Part shown: piece after piece, positions 17,387 to 25,740 of the stretch
Position numbering within the stretch: the stretch's first letter is position 1
Layout: each line of letters starts with the position of its first letter
Virus record (IMG/VR): IMGVR_UViG_2541047722_000019
From: a virus
Lineage: Duplodnaviria > Heunggongvirae > Uroviricota > Caudoviricetes
Direction: 5' to 3' (one strand)
Length of the DNA stretch: 29,355 nt
The notes under the pieces: model-generated
Database searches by the model: none
What the model saw: only the letters and a program-made list of their open reading frames with translations
Told to the model about the DNA's origin: nothing
Translations under genes and position numbers: made by a program

Positions 17387-18151
17387 ATGAAAATGAAGAC
17401 ATTACCCATCGTTCCATGGATTGGTGGCAAACGTCGCCTGGCAAAACACATCCTGCCGCTGTTTCCGGCGCATGAATGTTATGTGGAGCCGTTTTGTGGG
17501 GCAGCAGCGCTCTATTTTCTTAAGACACCCGGCAAGATCGAAGTCATCAATGATATCAACGGTGAACTGGTGAATCTGTACCGGGTGGTAAAGCATCACC
17601 TGGAAGAATTTGTCCGCCAGTTCAAATGGGCGCTGGTCAGCCGTCAGATCTACAAATGGCTGCAGATCACCCCGGAAGAAACACTGACGGATATCCAGCG
17701 TGCGGCACGGTTCTACTACCTTCAGAAGCAGGCGTTTGGCGGCAAGGTGGCAGAGCACAGCTTCGGTACCTCCACCACATCCCCGCCACGCTTCAACCTG
17801 CTGCGTATTGAAGAAGAACTGTCAGCAGCACACCTGCGGCTTTCCAGAACAGTCATAGAACACATGGACTGGCAACAGTGCATTGAGCGTTATGATCGTC
17901 CGCACACACTGTTCTACTGCGACCCACCGTACCTGGGTACGGAAGGCTATGGTGTGGATTTTCCTGAAGGGAACTACTCGCGGCTGGCAGAGCTGGCCCG
18001 GTGCATCAGAGGAAAAATGATAATTTCGGTGAACGATATCCCACAGATGCGCGAGGTGTTCACTGGACTGAACATACAGACAGTGAACATCAACTACAGT
18101 CTGGCGGGGAAATCTACGCCGCGCCGTGAACTGGTAATCTGCAACTTCTGA
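17387..18151 (+). CDS. dam: N6-adenine DNA methyltransferase, Dam family (orphan, no adjacent restriction gene)
   Basis: N-terminal WIGGKRRL and VEPFCGAAALYF (SAM-binding motif I) plus FYCDPPY catalytic motif. 254 aa, close to E. coli Dam in size and motif order. Confidence 0.85.
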   Translation: MKMKTLPIVPWIGGKRRLAKHILPLFPAHECYVEPFCGAAALYFLKTPGKIEVINDINGELVNLYRVVKHHLEEFVRQFKWALVSRQIYKWLQITPEETLTDIQRAARFYYLQKQAFGGKVAEHSFGTSTTSPPRFNLLRIEEELSAAHLRLSRTVIEHMDWQQCIERYDRPHTLFYCDPPYLGTEGYGVDFPEGNYSRLAELARCIRGKMIISVNDIPQMREVFTGLNIQTVNINYSLAGKSTPRRELVICNF

Positions 18152-18181
18152 AACAAAACCGGAAAGCACAATGCTTTCCGG
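18151..18181 (-). terminator. Intrinsic terminator for the repressor transcript
   Basis: Perfect 10-bp stem CCGGAAAGCA / TGCTTTCCGG with 3-nt loop, followed on the minus strand by TTTTGTTT. Lies 87 nt after the repressor stop. Confidence 0.5.
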
Positions 18182-18267
18182 TAAACCAAACAACTTCCAC
18201 TATGTCACTGGCGATGTTTTCTGAAAGCATCCAGATCAACCACCTGTCCTTTGTGTCCAGGTCAAAA

Positions 18268-18606
18268 TCAGCCTGCGAGTTTGCTTGGTTTGGGTTGAAT
18301 GAAGACTTTGCCGACCTCAAGAATTGCCCTCCGTTGTTCGGGGCTCATTTCGTCGAATGCATCCATTAACTCTTTCTTTTCTTGTGACACATAAGGTGCA
18401 ACAACAGGCTGACTCCGCACCCCAGTAACTACATACAAAATATCTACACCGATTTCTGATAGTGCAGATAACTGCACTGCAGTAGGAGAAGTGCGATCTT
18501 TTTCCCAATCAATGAAAGTTCTCTTTGCCACACCTATAGCATCAGCCAACCCTTGCTGTGTAAGAGATAGACGCTCTCTTTCTTCTTTAATACGTAACCC
18601 GATCAT
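18268..18606 (-). CDS. Prophage repressor, HTH XRE family
   Basis: MIGLRIKEERERLSLTQQGLADAIGVAKRTFIDWEKDRTSP is a classic XRE helix-turn-helix. The track ORF starts with GTG inside the divergent ner-like gene; ATG 18606 is the likely start and has no obvious SD (possibly leaderless). Confidence 0.7.
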   Translation of the reverse strand: MIGLRIKEERERLSLTQQGLADAIGVAKRTFIDWEKDRTSPTAVQLSALSEIGVDILYVVTGVRSQPVVAPYVSQEKKELMDAFDEMSPEQRRAILEVGKVFIQPKPSKLAG

Positions 18607-18706
18607 GTGAGTTTTTCTGCACTCTTTAAGTTGACTGGTGAGGTAATCTGCACCATAATCTATCACACATAAGGCAAACATCATTGCATCAACAAAGGAG
18701 ACAACG
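18607..18706. promoter_or_regulatory. Switch region: early promoter and candidate operators
   Basis: Near-consensus sigma70 promoter on the plus strand: TTGACT (18631-18636), 17 bp, CATAAT (18654-18659). Direct repeats TCTGCAC at 18616-18622 and 18647-18653, the second inside the spacer. Confidence 0.45.
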
Positions 18707-18895
18707 ATGACTGCAGAACAAGTCAAAGCTCTCTTCCGCCAGCGCGGGATCACTTTCACCCGCTGGGCAGAAGAAAACGGCTACAACCGCAATGAGGTAT
18801 ACCGCGTTCTCAATGGGCAGACCAAAGCCCGTTACGGTAAATCCCATGAAATCGCCGTGAAGTTGGGGCTGAAATCAACAGCTCAGGCAGCCTGA
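18707..18895 (+). CDS. Ner/Cro-like small DNA-binding regulator
   Basis: 62 aa, AGGAG 6 nt upstream, first gene of the early operon divergent from the repressor. Residue pattern RQRGITFTRWAEENGYNRNEVYRVLNG parallels Mu Ner. Confidence 0.55.
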   Translation: MTAEQVKALFRQRGITFTRWAEENGYNRNEVYRVLNGQTKARYGKSHEIAVKLGLKSTAQAA

Positions 18896-18947
18896 AGATT
18901 TTGAGTCTTTGTAAAAGGTTATCACATATCGCAAAAGAGGTATGCAG

Positions 18948-19256
18948 ATGAGTAAGACGAATGTTTCAAGCTCCGGCAGTCGCATCCTCCGGGTACTCAA
19001 AGCGCTGCGCGGTCATGCCCTGAACGGTATTTCCAACGGTGAACTGGCGGCAGCACTGCACGAGTCACCGGCAAACATCAACCGGGCACTCAACACCCTC
19101 ATTGAAGAAGGGTTGGCCCTGAAACTGGAAAACGGGCGTTTCGCGCCGGGCATCCAGTTACTGCAGATCGCTATGGCCCACAGTAACGAGATGGCACGTG
19201 CACAGGATCGCATTAACGAAATCAACCAACGTGTCATTTCAGGTAGTCGTTTGTAA
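18948..19256 (+). CDS. Winged-helix-like small DNA-binding protein
   Basis: Segment RILRVLKALRGHALNGISNGELAAALHESPANINRALNTLIEEGL looks like a wHTH. Start taken at the second ATG (18948), which has better SD spacing to AAGAGG. Confidence 0.45.
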   Translation: MSKTNVSSSGSRILRVLKALRGHALNGISNGELAAALHESPANINRALNTLIEEGLALKLENGRFAPGIQLLQIAMAHSNEMARAQDRINEINQRVISGSRL

Positions 19257-19266
19257 GGAGTAATAA

Positions 19267-20178
19267 ATGGGACGCACCAAATCACCGATTAACACTGAAC
19301 TGAACGCCGAGGTACCGCTGTCGGATGATCTCAATGTCAGTCTGAACGCCATGACACAGCATCGTATGGAGATCATGCAGCAGTTTGGCGATGGTCAGCC
19401 CTATGAGCGTGATCGCATAGTTCATGAGGCTCGGTTTTATATGGCACAGAGCGCTGAGGCCATGCTGGAAGCAGGTAAACGACTTATTATTCTCAAAGAA
19501 AATGAACCTCACGGGGACTTTGTTGGAATTGTAGAAGAACAACTTGGTCTGCATGTGCGCGCAGCACAACGAATGATGAAAGCATCTTTGAAATACCTTT
19601 CACCAAAACTAGAGCCAAAAGCGACAACGTTGTCGCTTTTAGGTAAGGCAAAATTATTTGAACTTGTTGCTGAAGATGACGACGACCTTGCTGAACTGGC
19701 CGACGGTGGCACAGTTGCCGGACTGACGCTTGACGATGTTGATCGCATGTCAGTACGTGAATTGCGTCAGGCCCTGCGCGAAGCGCGCGAAACCAACGCA
19801 GCACAACAGCGCGTACTCGCCGACAAAAATGAAAAAATAGACTCACTCTCCACCAGACTGGAGAAGAAATCCCGTATTCAGCCACCTGAGCCTGATGAAG
19901 AGGTGAAGAAACTGCGGGCAGAAGTGACCGCGTTAGCGGTTGAGGCGGAATCTGCCATCGCCGTTCGACTGTCCAGCGCTTTTGAGACGCTGTGCGCATA
20001 TTGTGCTGAAAACATGATTGATACCCCCAGAGACTTCATGGCAGGCCTGGTCTGTCAACTGGAAAGCACAGCGCGTAGCCTGCGCTCCACATTTGACCTG
20101 CCGGACGAGCCAACAGGCAATGCAGCGCCTTCATGGCTGACTGAGCCGACGCCACAGATTAACGGGCTGGAGGCATAA
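19267..20178 (+). CDS. Hypothetical early protein, acidic with coiled-coil segments
   Basis: 303 aa, AAGGAG 6 nt upstream; stop 3 nt before the transposase ATG. No motif recognised. Confidence 0.5.
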   Translation: MGRTKSPINTELNAEVPLSDDLNVSLNAMTQHRMEIMQQFGDGQPYERDRIVHEARFYMAQSAEAMLEAGKRLIILKENEPHGDFVGIVEEQLGLHVRAAQRMMKASLKYLSPKLEPKATTLSLLGKAKLFELVAEDDDDLAELADGGTVAGLTLDDVDRMSVRELRQALREARETNAAQQRVLADKNEKIDSLSTRLEKKSRIQPPEPDEEVKKLRAEVTALAVEAESAIAVRLSSAFETLCAYCAENMIDTPRDFMAGLVCQLESTARSLRSTFDLPDEPTGNAAPSWLTEPTPQINGLEA

Positions 20179-20181
20179 CCA

Positions 20182-21951
20182 ATGAATGCTGCCCTGACTG
20201 AACGACTGGTTTATGTCGCCCGCGCGGCACGTGACGCGGGGCATGGTAAACGCGGCGCAGTATACGACGCTGCCTGTGCTGAACTTGGCATGTCCCGCGC
20301 CACTCTGCTGCGCAGGCTGAAGGAGGTATCTGTGACTGATAAACGCAAAAAACGCGCCGATGCCGGGCGCAGCGCCCTGACCCGCGACGAAGCCGCGCTG
20401 ATATCTGCCACACTGCGTGAGGCCACCCGCAAGAACGGTAAGCGTCTCTATTCCATCGCGGATGCAGTGGAAACCCTGCGGGCTAACGGCTTTATATCCG
20501 CAGGCAGAACAGATGAAACCACCGGTGAGTTTTTCCCGTTGTCCGAAGATGCCATCAGCCGAGCCCTGCGTAACTATGGCCTGCACCCGGAACAACTGGA
20601 TGCCCCTGCGCCGCATACCGAAGTGGCCAGTCTGCATCCCAATCATGTCTGGCAGATTGACGCCTCACTCTGCACGCTTTACTACCTGAGCAATGGACAT
20701 AAAGGGCTGCAGGTGATGGACAGCGCGAAGTTCTACAAGAACAAGCCCGCTAACCTTGCCCGTATCGCCAGTGACCGCGTGTGGAGTTACGAGATTACCG
20801 ACCATGCCAGCGGCTGGATTTACGTTGAGTATGTGACGGGCGCGGAATCAGGTGAGAACCTGTGTTCTGTGCTTATCAACGCCATGCAGGAGCGTGGCGG
20901 CGCAGACGTGCTGCACGGTGTGCCGAAAATACTCTATCTCGACCCCGGCTCGGCAAACACCGCGGGTATGACGAAAAACATGTGCCGCTCACTGGGCATC
21001 GACCTGATAGCGCACAAGCCGCATAACGCCCGCGCCACCGGACAGGTGGAAAAGGCGCGGGACATTATCGAACGCAAGCTGGAGCCGGGTCTGAAGTTCC
21101 GGCCGGTTCACAGTCTGGAAGAACTCAACGCGCTGGCCGCGAAATGGCGCAGCCACTTTAACGCCACGGCTGTTCACAGCCGCCACGGTAAAACCCGCAC
21201 GGATATCTGGCTGAAGATTACTGCTGAGCAGCTGAAAAAAGCGCCTTCCGTTGAGGTATGTCGTGAACTGGCTGTGGCGGCACCAGAACTCCGCAAAGTC
21301 ACGCCAAAACTTCGTGTCTCGTTCCGGGGCACTGAATTTGACGTATCAACGGTACCGGGCGTACTGGTTGGTGAAAAACTGATGATTACCCGTAACCCGT
21401 GGCGCAGCGATGTGGCACAGGTGGTTCTGACCGGTGAGGACGGCCACGAGACGTTCTTCCTGGTCGAAGAGGTCAGAAAGAACGAGTTTGGCTTTGCTGA
21501 AGGCGCGGCGGTATTTGGCGAAAGTTACAAAGCCCTGCCGGAAACCCCGGCGCAGATGGCGGCAAAAGAAACCGAAGCGCTGGTCACCGGTACAGACAAC
21601 GCCGCAGATGCAGCTGCCGCACGCAAGGCGAAGGCGCTGCCGTTCGGCGGGCGGCTTGACCCGTATAAACATATCGACGACACCACACTTCCGGCCTATA
21701 TGCCGAAGCGTGGTCAGGCCTCTGACGTACGCGGGCCGCGCACTGAACAACGTCCCATGACTTATGTGGAGGCCGCGAAAGCCCTGCGCGATAAGTTCAG
21801 CGCCAACGGCTTTACCTGGACGCCGGAACATTACCGCCAGTTAACGGCACAGTATCCGGACGGCGTACCGGAAGCCGCACTGGATGAAGTCATGGCCACG
21901 CTGACCACGCCGGCCCGCAGCAGCGTTATCAGTATTGTTAACGGCAACTGA
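20182..21951 (+). CDS. DDE transposase (retroviral-integrase fold)
   Basis: 589 aa. Catalytic triad candidates D in HVWQIDAS, D in LYLDPGS and E in GQVEKARD, with exactly 35 residues between the second D and the E. GGAGG SD. Confidence 0.85.
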   Translation: MNAALTERLVYVARAARDAGHGKRGAVYDAACAELGMSRATLLRRLKEVSVTDKRKKRADAGRSALTRDEAALISATLREATRKNGKRLYSIADAVETLRANGFISAGRTDETTGEFFPLSEDAISRALRNYGLHPEQLDAPAPHTEVASLHPNHVWQIDASLCTLYYLSNGHKGLQVMDSAKFYKNKPANLARIASDRVWSYEITDHASGWIYVEYVTGAESGENLCSVLINAMQERGGADVLHGVPKILYLDPGSANTAGMTKNMCRSLGIDLIAHKPHNARATGQVEKARDIIERKLEPGLKFRPVHSLEELNALAAKWRSHFNATAVHSRHGKTRTDIWLKITAEQLKKAPSVEVCRELAVAAPELRKVTPKLRVSFRGTEFDVSTVPGVLVGEKLMITRNPWRSDVAQVVLTGEDGHETFFLVEEVRKNEFGFAEGAAVFGESYKALPETPAQMAAKETEALVTGTDNAADAAAARKAKALPFGGRLDPYKHIDDTTLPAYMPKRGQASDVRGPRTEQRPMTYVEAAKALRDKFSANGFTWTPEHYRQLTAQYPDGVPEAALDEVMATLTTPARSSVISIVNGN

Positions 21952-21961
21952 GGAGGGAAAC

Positions 21962-23128
21962 ATGCTGGTACTGAAGCAGCAACTGAAAGAAGCCCGTATT
22001 CCACAGGCGGTGGTGGCGAGAGCTGTCGATGTTTCTGAGGCCACGCTGGCCCAGATTGTGAATCATAACGCGTGGCCCCGCACCAGCCCCGGAGAAGTGC
22101 GCCGGCGTCTTGCGTCCTGGCTGGAAAGTCAGGGGATTGATACAACGAAGAGTTTTGATGCTGTACAGGGCGCGGCCACGCCCCGTACAGCGGGTACCAC
22201 AGATAAAACGAGCCTCAGTGAGGAAGAGAATATGTTACTCAAAAAACAGGTGTTATTTCCAGCAACCAAAAAAGCGTTTGGTCTTTTCCGTGACCCGTTC
22301 GCCGACGAAGCCATGCAGGGTTCTGATGATGTGTTCACCACCCCGGATATTCGCTACGTGCGTGAGGCGTTGTACCAGACAGCCCGTCATGGTGGGTTTA
22401 TGGCCGTCATCGGTGAGTCCGGTGCGGGTAAATCCACGCTGCGCCGCGACCTGACTGAACGTATCAACCGCGAGAATGCGCCGGTAATTGTTATCGAGCC
22501 ATACATCATCGCTATGGAAGACAACGATGTGAAAGGGAAAACCCTGAAGGCAGCAGCGATTGCCGAAGCCATTATCAGTACCATCGCACCACTGGAAAGC
22601 ATCAGACGCAGTCAGGACGCCCGCTTTCGCCAGTTGCATCGCGTCCTGAAAGACAGCAGCCAGGCGGGGTTCAGCCACGTTCTGGTGATTGAGGAGGCCC
22701 ACAGTCTGCCCATTCCGACACTGAAACACCTCAAACGCTTTTTTGAGCTGGAGTCCGGTTTCAAAAAACTGCTGTCCATCGTGCTGATTGGCCAGCCGGA
22801 ACTGGCGACAAAACTGTCTGAACGCAATATGGAAGTCCGTGAAGTCGTTCAGCGCTGTGAGGTGGTCGAACTTCTGCCTCTGGACAATAACCTTGAAGAG
22901 TTTCTGACGTTCAAACTGCAACGGGCCGGTAAACAACTGACGGACATTATGGACGCCAGCGCAGTGGATGCCATACGTGCCCGCCTGAGCAATCCGGGAA
23001 GTCATCGTAAAAATATGGTCAGCCTGCTGTATCCGCTGGCCGTCAGTAACCTGGTAATAGCCGCCATGAATCTGGCCGCTGAAATCGGGGTTCCACAGGT
23101 CAACGCTGACGTTGTCAAAGGGGTTTAA
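21962..23128 (+). CDS. Transposition ATPase (MuB / TniB-like)
   Basis: Walker A GESGAGKST and Walker B-like HVLVIEEAH. ATG 21962 with GAGGAGGGA upstream (the track ORF starts at TTG 21935). Immediately downstream of the transposase. Confidence 0.8.
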   Translation: MLVLKQQLKEARIPQAVVARAVDVSEATLAQIVNHNAWPRTSPGEVRRRLASWLESQGIDTTKSFDAVQGAATPRTAGTTDKTSLSEEENMLLKKQVLFPATKKAFGLFRDPFADEAMQGSDDVFTTPDIRYVREALYQTARHGGFMAVIGESGAGKSTLRRDLTERINRENAPVIVIEPYIIAMEDNDVKGKTLKAAAIAEAIISTIAPLESIRRSQDARFRQLHRVLKDSSQAGFSHVLVIEEAHSLPIPTLKHLKRFFELESGFKKLLSIVLIGQPELATKLSERNMEVREVVQRCEVVELLPLDNNLEEFLTFKLQRAGKQLTDIMDASAVDAIRARLSNPGSHRKNMVSLLYPLAVSNLVIAAMNLAAEIGVPQVNADVVKGV

Positions 23129-23130
23129 TA

Positions 23131-23400
23131 ATGAAATCCACCACAGGTATCAACCAGCAAATCAGCAAAGTGCAGTCAGCCATTATGGCGCTTAAGGCGA
23201 CGAACACGGATGTACAAAGCATCACCATCAGGGGTAACAAACCTGTCATCCGCGTTTCCCGGAGTGCGCATTGCATGCGCATGCTTGAGCAGGGAAAGGC
23301 CTGTTATCTGTATACCGGTCATGACCACAGGGGACATTTCCGTCAGGGCGTTTTCGAACTGCACGGCTGTCGCGTCGTGTGGCCGGAATCTTTGTGGTAA
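23131..23400 (+). CDS. Hypothetical early protein
   Basis: 89-aa ORF starting 3 nt after the B-like gene stop. Confidence 0.4.
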   Translation: MKSTTGINQQISKVQSAIMALKATNTDVQSITIRGNKPVIRVSRSAHCMRMLEQGKACYLYTGHDHRGHFRQGVFELHGCRVVWPESLW

Positions 23401-23427
23401 TCAGCACAACAGGAGGAGTCATAAAAT

Positions 23428-23958
23428 ATGGCAAAAAGTACAAAAGGGGCAAAACGTATCAAAGCCGCAGCAGCACTCTGGGTGCCGGGGACACGCGAAG
23501 AGGTCATTGAGGGAATCAGACTGCTTGGTGACGCGCAACGTGAACTGGTCAGGGCTGAAACAGAAATGAATGACACCATTGGCGACATCACCGCACGTTA
23601 TGCCCCGCTCACCGAGAGCCTGAAAAAACGCATGGCCGAACTGCAGTCCGGTATTCAGACATGGTGTGAGGCACACCGTGATGAACTGACCGGCAACGGG
23701 AAGGTGAAGTTCGCTAACCTCACCACCGGCGAGGTGCAGTGGCGAAACCGTCCGCCGTCAGTCAGTATCCGTGGGGCGGATAATGTTATTGAATTACTGA
23801 GACGTCTGGGGCTTGAGCGCTTTATCCGTGTAAAGGAGGAAATAAATAAAGACGCCATCCTGAATGAAAAGGACGCCGTGAAAAATATTCCCGGTATTAC
23901 CATAAAAAGTGATATTGAGGATTTTTCAATAATTCCTTTTGAGCAGAATGTGCAGTAA
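23428..23958 (+). CDS. gam: Gam, host-nuclease inhibitor (Ku-like DNA end-binding protein)
   Basis: 176 aa with extended identity to Mu Gam as I recall it, including TEMND, WCEA.RDELT, RPPSVSIRG, LGL.RFIR.K.EINK and the C-terminal GIT.KS.IEDFSIIPFEQ. Confidence 0.9.
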   Translation: MAKSTKGAKRIKAAAALWVPGTREEVIEGIRLLGDAQRELVRAETEMNDTIGDITARYAPLTESLKKRMAELQSGIQTWCEAHRDELTGNGKVKFANLTTGEVQWRNRPPSVSIRGADNVIELLRRLGLERFIRVKEEINKDAILNEKDAVKNIPGITIKSDIEDFSIIPFEQNVQ

Positions 23959-24054
23959 AAACAGCATATAAGCTATTTAAAACAGCCTTTTCTTTTTTAT
24001 TCCGGCATCAGCGCCGTGGGCTTCTGCACGCCGGAAACAGAGGAGAATTAAATC

Positions 24055-24249
24055 ATGATATTTAAATGTATTCAGTGCGAGAGGGATATAACAGCCCTGC
24101 GTTTTCACAGCGCCATCGCCGTGATGTCCGGTAAGTACCACGTACCTGCAGTACGCGTCACCCTGGTCTGTCCGTACTGCAGTCAGCATTTTTCGGCAGA
24201 CGTGCCCGTCATGGAATTCTCCCGCCCTGACAGGGAGGACTCGCAATGA
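24055..24249 (+). CDS. Small zinc-ribbon-like protein
   Basis: 64 aa with two CxxC pairs (CIQC ... CPYC); GAGGAG upstream. Confidence 0.45.
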   Translation: MIFKCIQCERDITALRFHSAIAVMSGKYHVPAVRVTLVCPYCSQHFSADVPVMEFSRPDREDSQ

Positions 24250-24518
24250 TTACCCCACAGGAAGCACGACAGCGCACCCGAACCCTTGTTGAACACTATG
24301 TCAACGAGTGTGAATGCCGCGACCTCACCGATGTGAAGCACGTCCTGACGGCGCTAATCAGCATGACCGCTCAGGCCATTGTGGCGACCAACGGAAAGGC
24401 GGCTGCCCTGCAGGTACTGGTGAACACACTCACCCACACGGCAGAGCACGATGTGCCGTACCGGATGGAAACCACTGCAGAAGGCGGCCTGAACATCACC
24501 GTCGACCGGAAACACTGA
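24246..24518 (+). CDS. Hypothetical early protein
   Basis: 90 aa; ATG overlaps upstream stop (ATGA); GGGAGGA upstream. Confidence 0.45.
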   Translation: MITPQEARQRTRTLVEHYVNECECRDLTDVKHVLTALISMTAQAIVATNGKAAALQVLVNTLTHTAEHDVPYRMETTAEGGLNITVDRKH

Positions 24519-24527
24519 GGGCGCGGC

Positions 24528-24833
24528 ATGACACGGAACACCGAACTCACCCGCACCGCCCTCTACCGTCTGGCCCTGCAGCGTTTCGGGCCGGACGCAC
24601 AGGCCCTGAAACTGACAGAAGAGGCCGCTGAACTGGCGGCCAGTGCCGCCCGCAACCTGAACGGACAGGGCAGCGAAAGTGACCTCGCGGCAGAGCTGGC
24701 AGACGTGGAAATCATGACAGAGCAGCTGCGCCTTCAGGGAATGGACCGGCTGATTGACTTCCACAAACAGAAAAAACTGGAACGCCTTGCCGCACGGCTG
24801 GGCGTCATGTACACCGGAGATACTGAACAATGA
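24528..24833 (+). CDS. MazG-like nucleotide pyrophosphohydrolase
   Basis: 101 aa, all-helical, with the MazG metal-binding pattern EEAAE ... AELADVEIM. Confidence 0.6.
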   Translation: MTRNTELTRTALYRLALQRFGPDAQALKLTEEAAELAASAARNLNGQGSESDLAAELADVEIMTEQLRLQGMDRLIDFHKQKKLERLAARLGVMYTGDTEQ

Positions 24834-25513
24834 CAGACCAGGATAAACACATTGAGAAACTGAAAAAGTTGCTGGCGCTGGCCGCATCCGGCAACCCTCA
24901 CGAGGCCGCTCTGGCACTGCGCCGTGCCCGTAAACTGATGGATGTTCACGGCATCACACATTCCGACATCGCCATGAGTGATATTGATGAAACCATCAGT
25001 CACTACTGGCCGACAGGCAGCCTCCGTCCACCGCGCTACATGCTGGGCCTGATGAACATCATCCGCGAGGCATTTGGTGTTAACTCCATCATTCACCCCG
25101 GCACATATCCGGGTGTGGGGTTCTACGGCAACCGGGAACGGGCTGCACTGGCTGCGTACACCTGGGAAGTGCTGGCCCGCCAGCTGAAAAAGGCGCGTCA
25201 GCAATATATCAGCGCACAGAACAAAAGAATAAAAACTGCCACCCGTACCAGCCGTGGTGACCAGTTTGCTGAAGGCTGGGTGCTGGCCGTTATCAGTGAA
25301 ATACAGTCCTTCGCCCTGACCGATGACGAACGTGAACTGATGCAGCAGTGGCTGGAACATAAATACCCGCAGACGCAAACCACCAGGGCGCGTAAACCGG
25401 GAAGAAGCCGCAATGGCGACGCCTCGCGCTATGCGGGGTTTCTTGAAGGGCAGAACGTCAGACTGCACCGCCCGGTCAGTGGGCAGGAACAACAGAAACT
25501 GGAGGCCAGATGA
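24830..25513 (+). CDS. Hypothetical early protein with helical N-terminal domain
   Basis: 227 aa; ATG overlaps upstream stop (ATGA). N-terminus EKLKKLLALAASGNPHEAALALRRARKLM. Confidence 0.5.
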   Translation: MTDQDKHIEKLKKLLALAASGNPHEAALALRRARKLMDVHGITHSDIAMSDIDETISHYWPTGSLRPPRYMLGLMNIIREAFGVNSIIHPGTYPGVGFYGNRERAALAAYTWEVLARQLKKARQQYISAQNKRIKTATRTSRGDQFAEGWVLAVISEIQSFALTDDERELMQQWLEHKYPQTQTTRARKPGRSRNGDASRYAGFLEGQNVRLHRPVSGQEQQKLEAR

Positions 25514-25740
25514 TTACGCTATCAGGTAAAAGCCGGAAATTAAAAGCCTGCCGAATATCTGCCAGATACCTTTTTGCCCGCGCCTTTTTTAAGAACGTCA
25601 GGCCGGGGATCACAATTGGTGTTATTGCCGGACGCGAACAGGTTGAAAAATACATGTCAGGTGCATGGTGGAATAACGACCCTGTCATTGCTGCCCGTAA
25701 TATTCATATCAGTTGGGGGGATATTCAGAATGACGGCTGA
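25510..25740 (+). CDS. Hypothetical small protein
   Basis: 76 aa; GGAGG upstream; ATG overlaps upstream stop (ATGA). Confidence 0.4.
   Translation: MITLSGKSRKLKACRISARYLFARAFFKNVRPGITIGVIAGREQVEKYMSGAWWNNDPVIAARNIHISWGDIQNDG

Noticed and set aside
18268-18759. Full 163-aa version of the repressor ORF (GTG at 18759)
   Set aside because: The N-terminal 51 codons overlap the divergent ner-like gene and promoter and are not protein-like; the XRE domain begins at ATG 18606.
20182-21951. Transposase as part of a simple insertion sequence or composite transposon
   Set aside because: It sits inside a full phage genome with Gam, Mor and structural genes, with a MuB-like ATPase downstream; no IS-sized inverted repeats flank it.
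23959-24054. Possible terminator in the Gam-downstream spacer (CCGGC ... GCCGG)
   Set aside because: Only 5-bp arms with a 23-nt unpaired centre and no T-tract after it on either strand.
19493-25492. Minus-strand ORFs inside the early operon (19493..19999, 20131..20646, 22253..23005, 24354..24917, 24734..25492)
   Set aside because: Antisense to the transposase, B-like and downstream early genes, which have motifs, SDs and coupling; the antisense frames lack all three.
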